Positions 40,582-48,101 of a stretch of 64,000 nucleotides of DNA are shown here, in pieces (positions within the stretch are counted from its first letter, which is position 1; every line of letters begins with the position of its first letter). Under the pieces are notes generated by a model. That model did not search any database. It was not told where the DNA came from and saw nothing but the letters and a program-made list of their open reading frames with translations. Source of the DNA: Pseudomonadota bacterium (GTDB lineage: Bacteria; Pseudomonadota; Alphaproteobacteria; CACIAM-22H2); assembly GCA_041178225.1 (NCBI GenBank), contig JBEGVV010000049.1, positions 936 through 64,935 on the forward strand. Direction: 5' to 3'. The translations under genes were made by a program, and so were the position numbers.

Positions 40582-40720
40582 GGAGAAATGGAACCCTTCC
40601 TGCTTTCCGCCGGCCTTGGCGCAACTGTTCAGGCACCGAGTGGGCTTTATGTAGCCCTAATAATTTAGAGTCTAAGTACTCCTCCTGAGGTTGCCGGCGC
40701 AACATCGCTCCATTCGGCGC

Positions 40721-43384
40721 TCAGCCGCGCGGGATGGTGATCGTGAAGACAGCCCCCTCGCCCGCGTTCGCGAAGCACAGGCTCCCGCCCATCTCCTGCA
40801 TGACGCGGCGGCTGACCGAGAGCCCGAGGCCAGTCCCCTTCCCGGGGGGCTTGGTGGTGAAGAATGGCTCGAAGACGCGGTCCTGCGCGTCCGGGGGGAT
40901 GCCCCCGCCATTGTCGGCGACGCCCAGGCGCAGGAACTGCCCGTCCTCGGCGACGGAGACCTCGATCAGCCCGCCAAGGCCGGGCTCGCGCTCCTGCCTC
41001 GCACCGATCGCGTCGGCGGCGTTGGAGAGGAGATTGACGAGGCACTGCTCGACGAGGATCGCCGATCCATGCGCCACGGGCTGCGATGCGCGGATGTCGA
41101 CCGCGATGGCGATGCCCGCATGCGAAAGCGTTGCGCGGAGCACGAGAAGCGCGTCGTCGATGGTACGCGCGAGGTCGAAGGGCGCGAAGGGCTGATCGGA
41201 CGCCTGGCGACCGAAGACCTTGAGGTGGGAAAGCAGGCTCGTGGCCTTGTCGACCTGCCGCACGATGCGATCGAGGCGCACGGCAAGCTGCTCGCGCGGC
41301 AAGGGGCCGGCCTCGCTGGCCACCTGCAGGTTCGATGCCGCAAGCCTTATGACGTTGAGGGGCTGGCTGAGCTCGTGTCCCATGCTGACCGCGAGCTCGC
41401 CGATCTGCGCGAGCTTCGCCGACTGGACGAGCTGGCGCTCCACCTCCTTCTGGTCGGTCACCTCCAGCATGAGGCCGTGGAGCGCGCGCGAGGCCTCCCC
41501 GCCCGCGAGCCTGACGCGGGTGTCCAGGAACCAGCGATAGCGCCCATCCGCCCCGCGCAGCCTGTAGGTCTCCCGCGACACGCCCGAAGGGCCGGCTCCG
41601 GCGCCGAAAGCAGCCCGCACGCGCGCCCTGTCGTCGGGATGGATGCTCGCCTCCATCCACCCGGTCGCCACCGCCACCTCGGGCGCGACATCGAGCACGC
41701 GCCGGATGGACGGACCAAAGGCGAGGACCGGGCAACCCCGGTCGGGCGCATCCTCCGCCACGTAGGTTATCACGGGCGCCATGGCCTCGAAGGCCTCGAG
41801 CCGGGCGCGAAACGCGCCCGAGGTCCAGCGCTCGGTGCGCAGTTCATCGACGATGCCGCGGATCCAGGCGTCGATGATGTCGACCTCCTCGAGCGGCAGC
41901 GGCGACGCGTCGACGGCCCGCTCCCCGGACATCGCCGAGCTGAAGCGCAGTCGGCGCGCGACCGTCCCCGCGACAGCCGATCCTGCCGCCACGACGCCGG
42001 CCACCAGGATGAACGCGACCGCCAGGATCGCGGCCTGCGCCTGCTGCGCCTCGGCGCGAAGCGGCAGCGAGGAGATCGCGATCGCGACCCGCCAGCCGGG
42101 GATGGCGGGGAGTTCCGCCACCGTCCGCGCGACCCAGTCCTCGAGTTGGCGCTTGAAGTAACCAAGCTCTCGCCCCGGCAGGATCGCGGCATCGGCGGGC
42201 AGTCGGGCAAGCGCGAACCTGTCGGAGGTCGCGGTTGCCACCGCCGACGCCGCCACGAGCCGGTCCTCTCCGGCGAATATCACGGCCTGCCAGAACTGAT
42301 TATCGCGCACGAGGTGCTTGGTGGCGCTTTCCACGATCATCCGCGCCATGGCCTCGGGCGAGGCGCGGACCGCGGCGAGATGGTTGCCCTCGAGCCGGCG
42401 ACCGATGAACAGCGCTGCCTCGCAGCGCCCCTGCGCGGGCACGGAGACCACGACGTCGCCGGCCCTGCTTGCCCCGACGAGGCTTTCGCGCAGGACCGCC
42501 GCCCAGCACCCCGCCCCCGGAGGGTCGTCGGAGGGCCGGGTCGCGTCGAGCAGGATGATGGATTCCCAGGGCGCCGGTCCCGCGATGGGGCGCATGCCAG
42601 CCGGTTCCCCCGCCGCCCGCTCCGCGAGCAGCGGCGCGAGGTTGCCGAGCGGCCCGGCCGCCATCGCGAGGAGCAGGTCGGTCATCGTGGCGGTATCGAG
42701 CTCGTAGTCGTCGAGCTGGCGGCCCATCTCCCGCTCGACGCCGCGCATCGCGAGAAGCGAGAAGGCCACGCCCGCCGCGAGGCTGGGCACCGCGACGAAG
42801 AAGGCAAGCATCGCGACCAGGGCGGTCTTGGCGGAGACGGCATGCACCGCCGAGAACCTGCGCAGCAGGGTCGAGCGCAGCACGGCAAGGTGCAGGATCT
42901 CCGCGACCGATGCGTTCGCCAGGCCGTTGAGCCCGAGCTTCGCAGCGATCAGCAGCGCCACTTCCGGCGGTGCCCCCCCCCAGGCGAGCGACGCGACGAT
43001 CGAGGCAGGGCAGCCAGCCACCAGCCAGTAGGCGAGATCAGCCGTGACCAGCGACCATCCGCGACGCGCCGCCACGCAGACCCAGGCCACCTCGCAGCAC
43101 ATGATCGCCACGGCGAACCAGTGCCCCCAGAGCAGGAAGGTCGGCAGGGTCGCAACCAGCACGGCCCCGAGCGCCGGAACCAGCGGCAGGAGACGCGCTC
43201 CGAGAAGGGCGACGCAGCCCCCGAAGAGAAGATGGACGCCCCACGAGACGTTGAGCGGCAGCAGGAGATTGACGGCAAGGCCCGCGAGGCCAAGCAGCAG
43301 CATGACGCCGAGCCGGAAGACCGGCCCGCCGTCATTCCCGGGAAGTCGTCGGACGGAGGCTGTCTCTGGCGCGAGGACGGGCAT
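40721..43384 (-). CDS. Multi-pass membrane sensor histidine kinase (polytopic N-terminus, extracytoplasmic domain, PAS, HisKA, HATPase)
   Basis: About 7 N-terminal TM helices, a ~300-aa domain and another TM helix. PAS domain (YRLRGADGRYRWF). H-box GHELSQPLN. DNGGGI and GTGLGL boxes. The start may instead be the internal M28. Confidence 0.8.
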   Translation of the reverse strand: MPVLAPETASVRRLPGNDGGPVFRLGVMLLLGLAGLAVNLLLPLNVSWGVHLLFGGCVALLGARLLPLVPALGAVLVATLPTFLLWGHWFAVAIMCCEVAWVCVAARRGWSLVTADLAYWLVAGCPASIVASLAWGGAPPEVALLIAAKLGLNGLANASVAEILHLAVLRSTLLRRFSAVHAVSAKTALVAMLAFFVAVPSLAAGVAFSLLAMRGVEREMGRQLDDYELDTATMTDLLLAMAAGPLGNLAPLLAERAAGEPAGMRPIAGPAPWESIILLDATRPSDDPPGAGCWAAVLRESLVGASRAGDVVVSVPAQGRCEAALFIGRRLEGNHLAAVRASPEAMARMIVESATKHLVRDNQFWQAVIFAGEDRLVAASAVATATSDRFALARLPADAAILPGRELGYFKRQLEDWVARTVAELPAIPGWRVAIAISSLPLRAEAQQAQAAILAVAFILVAGVVAAGSAVAGTVARRLRFSSAMSGERAVDASPLPLEEVDIIDAWIRGIVDELRTERWTSGAFRARLEAFEAMAPVITYVAEDAPDRGCPVLAFGPSIRRVLDVAPEVAVATGWMEASIHPDDRARVRAAFGAGAGPSGVSRETYRLRGADGRYRWFLDTRVRLAGGEASRALHGLMLEVTDQKEVERQLVQSAKLAQIGELAVSMGHELSQPLNVIRLAASNLQVASEAGPLPREQLAVRLDRIVRQVDKATSLLSHLKVFGRQASDQPFAPFDLARTIDDALLVLRATLSHAGIAIAVDIRASQPVAHGSAILVEQCLVNLLSNAADAIGARQEREPGLGGLIEVSVAEDGQFLRLGVADNGGGIPPDAQDRVFEPFFTTKPPGKGTGLGLSVSRRVMQEMGGSLCFANAGEGAVFTITIPRG
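42973..42981 (-). repeat. Homopolymer G9 (coding strand) inside the sensor kinase gene
   Basis: C9 on the + strand encodes W-G-G-A (TGGGGGGGGGCA) in the N-terminal membrane domain. Confidence 0.9.
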
Positions 43385-43395
43385 GGACCGGGGGC

Positions 43396-43409
43396 GGGGG
43401 GGGGGGGGG
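43396..43409 (-). repeat. Homopolymer C14 (gene strand) in the 5' region of the sensor kinase gene
   Basis: G14 on the + strand ends 11 nt upstream of the ATG at 43384. It is flanked by an AT-rich stretch (ATAATGGCTCGAGCTAATAATTAACATAG). No Shine-Dalgarno sequence is visible. Confidence 0.9.
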
Positions 43410-43569
43410 ATAATGGCTCGAGCTAATAATTAACATAGCTCCGAAACCCATGCGGATCGTCGATTAAAGCGAACATGAATCCTGCGATGCAGTTCAAGGG
43501 AACCTTCCTGGGTACTCCTGGTCAGATCGACTGGATCCGCTCCCGCGCCGCCCTCGCGCCGATCATCCG

Positions 43570-44502
43570 TCATCGCCCCCAGGTCCCCGGCAGCACCGCG
43601 AGGCTTCCGCCCAGACCGAGCTTGAAGCGCGTGATCCCCGGCGCGCCATCCGTGGCCACGCCACCAAGGTCGAGCCTCGCGACGCCCATGCGGCGAAGTT
43701 CCGCCAGGGCCGCCATGAGCACGAGGCGATGCCCGCCCTCCTTCCGGCCATCGGGCGTCGAGAAGCCGGCGACCCATGTCGCCTCGTCGCCATGCACGAA
43801 GAACAGGCCAGCGGCCGCGGTGGCGGCGCCGCGCTCCGCGACCACGGCGAACACCCGGCCCGGTTCCTCCAGCGTGGCCATCGCGGCGAGCATGCGGCCG
43901 GGCGGGCCAGCGAAGCCGCGCGCGCGGCGCAGGCCTTCGTAGCGCTCGACGACCTCGACCACCGCCCTCCGCTCGCGCGTCGCGTGCGCGCGCAAGCGTC
44001 CACGTGCCTCCGCCGCGGCCAGCGCGTTGCGCCACTTGCCATGAAGCAGCGCGCGCTGGGCGAGCGGTTCGGCGAGCACCGGCACGATCGCGGTCGCGTG
44101 CCCGGTCATGACGCGGCGCATCCCGGCACGGCGCGCGACCGCGTCGGCATGGTGCGCATCGGCGAGGTCGGTGGTCCAGAACGACATCGCGAAGGGATGC
44201 CGGCGGAAAGCCATCCGCATGAAGCCGTCCATCGCCGCATCCGTCGATCCCCCGCTCCCGGGCGGGCGGATCCAGACCGGCCCGCGCAGGCATTCGCGCA
44301 CGGGCCACAAGCCCCACCAGCGCCGCTCGCAGATGGTGGCGACGGCTTCTTCCCCGAGGGCGAGGAAACGCATGGCAGCCATTCCGGTCGCCGCCATCGC
44401 CTGCGCATGGGCCCAGCCCTGCTCGAAGGGAAGGCGCGGCGCGAGGGCGAGCAGCCGTCGCGCCGTGGCCTGGTCGATCTCCTCCCATGCCTGCGACATC
44501 AT
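43570..44502 (-). CDS. GNAT/FemAB-like acyltransferase family protein
   Basis: 310 aa. The C-terminal LFFVHGDEATWVAGFSTPDGRKEGGHRLVLMAALAELRRMGVARLDLGG resembles Acetyltransf_6/FemAB-type folds. Moderate certainty. Confidence 0.5.
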   Translation of the reverse strand: MMSQAWEEIDQATARRLLALAPRLPFEQGWAHAQAMAATGMAAMRFLALGEEAVATICERRWWGLWPVRECLRGPVWIRPPGSGGSTDAAMDGFMRMAFRRHPFAMSFWTTDLADAHHADAVARRAGMRRVMTGHATAIVPVLAEPLAQRALLHGKWRNALAAAEARGRLRAHATRERRAVVEVVERYEGLRRARGFAGPPGRMLAAMATLEEPGRVFAVVAERGAATAAAGLFFVHGDEATWVAGFSTPDGRKEGGHRLVLMAALAELRRMGVARLDLGGVATDGAPGITRFKLGLGGSLAVLPGTWGR

Positions 44503-44552
44503 GCACCGCTTCGGTCCGGCTTGGCCGGCGGGCCGCGATCCGCACGGGCAGC

Positions 44553-44993
44553 ATGCACGCCATGGATCGACACCGGACCATCGCGGCGCTGGCGCTGGTG
44601 GCGCTCGCCCTGGCGGCTCCCGCGTCTCGCGGCGCGCGTGCCGCGGACCCCGCGCCCAACCACTCCGGGAGCGCGCAGCCCTTCGTGGGGTTCCACAAGC
44701 TCGACCCGATCGTCATGCACAACGGCAAGGGTCGCCTCGTGATCGAGCCCTTCGTGAGGTTCCGCGAGGAGCACCGGGCGACGCTGGACGGAACCGGGCC
44801 GCACGCCTTCAGCGCCGATGCCCAGCGCTTCGCGGCCATGCTCATCCGCCATCGCCTCACCCTCCTCTGGCTCGATCGTCGTCAGTCGATCGACCGGGAG
44901 GACGTCGCCGGCACGATCGGCTCCGTGATCAACGAGGTCGTCAGCCTCGACGCGGTCGAATCCGTCTCGTTCACCCGCTTCTCCGTGCGCTAG
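44553..44993 (+). CDS. FliL-like flagellar basal-body-associated protein (tentative)
   Basis: N-terminal hydrophobic helix. The pattern F..L.PIVM....GRLVIEPFV and the C-terminal VESVSFTRFSVR resemble FliL. It lies at the edge of the flagellar locus. Confidence 0.4.
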   Translation: MHAMDRHRTIAALALVALALAAPASRGARAADPAPNHSGSAQPFVGFHKLDPIVMHNGKGRLVIEPFVRFREEHRATLDGTGPHAFSADAQRFAAMLIRHRLTLLWLDRRQSIDREDVAGTIGSVINEVVSLDAVESVSFTRFSVR

Positions 44994-45649
44994 GGCCGCG
45001 CGGCGCCCCTCAGGCAATCGTCGATCGCCTCGCAGAGCGGGCAGTCCCCTCCCGCCGCCGCGCCGGGAAGCGCGAATTCCACCACCTCGCCCTCCACGAG
45101 GTCGCCCACCAGCAGGCGCTGTCCGCGTCGCAGCGCGGCCAGGAACGCGATCCGGTCCATGTTGGCGCGACGCGCGCGTTCCTCGGCGCGCATCCCCACC
45201 TCGACGGCGCGCCAGGACCAGTCGTCTATCCGCGCGGCATTGTCGCTGTCCGTCGGCACGGCACGGATGGTCGAGGCTGGCTGCCGGTCGAGCCGCCAGC
45301 GCAGCTGGCGCAGCGCGGCGCCGGTCCTGCGGTCGACCTCCCATTCCGGCACGAGCGGCTTGCGCTCCGCGTCGAAGACGACGAACTCCGTCTCGAGGTC
45401 CCTCCGCGCGCCGTCGCGCCGGCAGGAAACCCGGAATTCGTAGAGGTTCCCGCGATCGCCGCTGGCGCGCCCCGCGGCCATCCGCCACGTCGCGTCGGTG
45501 AACCGGTCGCGCGACACGGCGCCGATCCAGTCCGCGGCCGCGGCGGGCGGCGCCTCGGCCCCGCCGCCCGCCGGGGCCTGCGCGCAGGCAGGTGCCGCCA
45601 GGAGCGCGAACGCGCAGCCGACCGCGAGGGCAAGGATGGCCGGGTTCAC
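44990..45649 (-). CDS. Hypothetical secreted protein
   Basis: GTG start at 45649 followed by signal peptide NPAILALAVGCAFALLAAPACA. The start overlaps the upstream stop (GTGA). I recognise no family. Confidence 0.45.
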   Translation of the reverse strand: MNPAILALAVGCAFALLAAPACAQAPAGGGAEAPPAAAADWIGAVSRDRFTDATWRMAAGRASGDRGNLYEFRVSCRRDGARRDLETEFVVFDAERKPLVPEWEVDRRTGAALRQLRWRLDRQPASTIRAVPTDSDNAARIDDWSWRAVEVGMRAEERARRANMDRIAFLAALRRGQRLLVGDLVEGEVVEFALPGAAAGGDCPLCEAIDDCLRGAARP

Positions 45650-45996
45650 CGGCAGGCCCCGCGATCGGTCCCGACCTGCACGCAGGAGAGGCCGCCCGAG
45701 AAGCGCCAGCGCCCCTGCTCGCGCCGCACCGACAATCCGTTGCTGAAGGAGATCCAGCCCGTCGCGCCGCGCCAGCCCTCGACGCCGTTCGAGATCCTGA
45801 TGGCGTCCGCCCTGGACCTGTCGACGCGAAGGCGCCCAGGCAGCATGACCGAGCCGTCGGCCTGCAGGGCCACCACGCCCCGCGATCCACACTCGACCAC
45901 GGTCGCGGACGCCGAGGAGCAGGAGACCGGCGCCTCCACCCCCGAGGCGATCACGAGGAACAGCGCCGCCTCGACCGCGTGCAGGACGTCAGCCAT
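45646..45996 (-). CDS. Hypothetical small secreted Cys-containing protein
   Basis: ATG at 45996. Signal-like N-terminus MADVLHAVEAALFLVIASGVEA. GC3 is about 90% in this frame. Translationally coupled to the downstream ORF. Confidence 0.4.
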   Translation of the reverse strand: MADVLHAVEAALFLVIASGVEAPVSCSSASATVVECGSRGVVALQADGSVMLPGRLRVDRSRADAIRISNGVEGWRGATGWISFSNGLSVRREQGRWRFSGGLSCVQVGTDRGACR

Positions 45997-46114
45997 GGGC
46001 GGCGAACCGATCCGGCCGGACAGGAAACCGGTCCGCTGCGGCGGCATCAAACTTCGCGCCTCGCGCGCTTGCCGCTAGTAGGTCGGGCCGGAAAGCTGCG
46101 CGGGAGGAACTGCC

Positions 46115-46393
46115 GTGAACGTCGAATTCGGCGGCGAGATCATCAAGCTCAACTGCAGGCCCGAGGACGAGGCCTATTGCCGCTTCCTCGCCGACAAGGT
46201 GAGGAAGCTCGCCGAGCAGCAGTCCGGCGGGGACGCGATGCTCACGCCCGCGGAACTCATCCTGCTCGCCGCGATGGCGATGGCCGACGAGCTCTACGGG
46301 AACGAGTATGGAGCACCGCCGCCCTCGGCCGCCGAGGGGCCGGATGCGCTTGCCGAGCGCGAGGCCCTCCAGGGCGTCTTCCGGCATCTCTGA
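46115..46393 (+). CDS. ZapA-like small protein
   Basis: GTG at 46115 preceded by GGGAGG. VEFGGEIIKLNCRPEDEAYCRFLADKVRKL...LILLAAMAMADELY follows the ZapA pattern (I-x-G-x-x-Y-x-L-x-C, then AAL-x-ADEL). Confidence 0.5.
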   Translation: MNVEFGGEIIKLNCRPEDEAYCRFLADKVRKLAEQQSGGDAMLTPAELILLAAMAMADELYGNEYGAPPPSAAEGPDALAEREALQGVFRHL

Positions 46394-46418
46394 CGGCCTC
46401 CGGCGACTTCAGGCCGTC
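46392..46418. terminator. Hairpin spanning the convergent zapA-like and flhG stop codons
   Basis: 8-bp perfect stem GACGGCCT/AGGCCGTC with an 11-nt loop. No U-tract. Confidence 0.3.
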
Positions 46419-47173
46419 GCGGGGCGCGGCACGAACTGGTCGACGAGGACCCGGTCGGCGAGCGCGCGGATGTCGATCGCCGCCGTGCTCGCCGGGAAGC
46501 ATGTCGAGATGGGCTGCTGCCTGCGGATGGCGAGCGACACGCTCGCATCGGCCCTCACGAACCCCAGGGATCTCGGCTCGGCCTGCAGGAAGCGCCGCAG
46601 CACGCCGCCGAACTGCCGGATGAGCGTGTCGGCCTCGCTGGCCGTCTGCACCATGTTCGGCGTGATGACGATCCGGGAGCGCAGGGCGAAGGGAAGCGCC
46701 TTCACCACGGCGTAGGCGTCCATGATCGAGGTCGGCTCGGGCTTCACGACCAGCAGGACGATGTCGGACAGGTCGACGAAGTCGATGACGTTGGCCTCGA
46801 TCCCGGCGCCGAGGTCGATGAAGAGGAGGTCGTAGGCCAGCGCCGCGCGCGCCAGCGCCTCCTTGATCCGGCGCCGCTCGAGCGGCGTCGTGTTGACGAT
46901 GATCCCGTGCGACGGACGGCCGCTGATCACCGAGCAGCCGATCGACTGGGAATGCGCCACCACTTCCTCGAACGCCGCCTCTCCGAGGATGAAGTCGTTG
47001 ATGTGGCGCTTCGTGACGAGCCCGATCTGGATGTCGATGTTCGCGAGGCCGAGGTCGCCGTCGAACACGAGCACGCTGCGCCTCTGGAGCGCGACCGCGT
47101 GCGCGAGGTTGGCGGTGAGGAACGTCTTGCCGACGCCGCCCTTGCCGGAGAGGATCGAAACGACCTTGGCCAT
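46409..47173 (-). CDS. flhG: MinD/ParA-type flagellar number regulator
   Basis: Deviant Walker A SGKGGVGKT and DGDLGLANID. It sits directly downstream of flhF. Confidence 0.8.
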   Translation of the reverse strand: MAKVVSILSGKGGVGKTFLTANLAHAVALQRRSVLVFDGDLGLANIDIQIGLVTKRHINDFILGEAAFEEVVAHSQSIGCSVISGRPSHGIIVNTTPLERRRIKEALARAALAYDLLFIDLGAGIEANVIDFVDLSDIVLLVVKPEPTSIMDAYAVVKALPFALRSRIVITPNMVQTASEADTLIRQFGGVLRRFLQAEPRSLGFVRADASVSLAIRRQQPISTCFPASTAAIDIRALADRVLVDQFVPRPATA

Positions 47174-47180
47174 GGCGCGA

Positions 47181-48101
47181 CTATGACTGCAGGTTGAAGG
47201 CGAGCTTTAGGAGGTTCGGGTCCGATGCGGACAGTTTCTCGTTGAGCGAGCGCGACTGCTGGAGCCCGACCACGACGAAGCGCTCGATGATGAGGGCGTT
47301 CAGGAGGGTGCCGAGGCGGCGCGTCACGTCGCACTTCGTCACGATCGCGTGCTCGACCCCGCAGCCGCGGATCGTCGCGAGGCTGTCCGCCGTCTCGCGG
47401 GCCTCGAGGCCCGCCGGGACGACCATGACCGGTGCCGCGGAGAGGCGCTCGGCCAGGGACAGCGACTCGTCGACGTCCATCACGCGCCAGGGATGGATCG
47501 ACGGCGCGTCGGCGAGGATGCAGTCGACGCGACCCGCGCCGCGCAGGGCGGCGTTCACGCGCTGGGCCTTCTCGACGCTCACGAGGGGCAGGCTCAGCAG
47601 GCCCGCGAGGTGCTCGAGCTGCGAGTCGCCCCCGAGCCTGTCCTTCTCGAGGCTGACGAGCATGACGCGCTTGCCTGCCGCGACCAGGGTGGCCGCGGCC
47701 TTCGCGATCGTCGTCGTCTTGCCCGCACCCGGCGGGCCCAGGAAGAGGAGGCACCGCTTCTCGCAGGCGACGTCCACGAAGGGACGGGTCCTGAGGCGGC
47801 TGCGCAGGTAGGCGTCGACGAGGTCGCCCGGGTCCGTCGCCTCGTTCTCCGAGGCGAACTGCTCGAGCCGGGCCAGCACCGCGCCGTCGAAGCCGGCCGC
47901 CTGCATGCGGCGCTTGGCTGCCTCCATCACCGGCTCGCGCGGCGCCTGGACCGGATCCGGCAGCGACACCGTGAACTCGACCGAGCGCGACTTCCCGCCC
48001 CCGTCGACGCGCACGACGAGCGCCTCGTCGCCGAAATTGTCCTTGATGTAGCTGTAGCCTTCCGCGATCGAGGATGCCGTGAACGTCGTGGTACGCATCA
48101 A
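47181..48101 (-). CDS. flhF: SRP-type GTPase-like flagellar placement protein (short, divergent G motifs)
   Basis: N-terminus FTASSIAEGYSYIKDNFGDEALVV is FlhF-like. G1 is GPPGAGKTTT and G4 is TKCD, but the G3 position reads DAPS instead of DTAG. Confidence 0.75.
   Translation of the reverse strand: MMRTTTFTASSIAEGYSYIKDNFGDEALVVRVDGGGKSRSVEFTVSLPDPVQAPREPVMEAAKRRMQAAGFDGAVLARLEQFASENEATDPGDLVDAYLRSRLRTRPFVDVACEKRCLLFLGPPGAGKTTTIAKAAATLVAAGKRVMLVSLEKDRLGGDSQLEHLAGLLSLPLVSVEKAQRVNAALRGAGRVDCILADAPSIHPWRVMDVDESLSLAERLSAAPVMVVPAGLEARETADSLATIRGCGVEHAIVTKCDVTRRLGTLLNALIIERFVVVGLQQSRSLNEKLSASDPNLLKLAFNLQS

Noticed and set aside
40621-40637. Sigma-54 promoter upstream of the kinase-REC gene (minus strand GGTGCCTGAACAGTTGC)
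   Set aside because: The GG and GC elements are separated by 13 nt instead of 10, so the spacing is incompatible with a -24/-12 promoter.
43423-43476. 17-codon upstream ORF (MFALIDDPHGFRSYVNY) in the leader region of the membrane kinase gene
   Set aside because: Its codon usage is AT-ending, unlike all credible genes here. The Shine-Dalgarno spacing is poor (AGGA 3 nt from the ATG). It is more likely non-coding promoter DNA.
46394-46408. 6S RNA (ssrS) downstream of the zapA-like gene, as in the enterobacterial zapA-ssrS arrangement
   Set aside because: Only 15 nt separate the zapA-like stop from the convergent flhG stop, leaving no room for an RNA gene.
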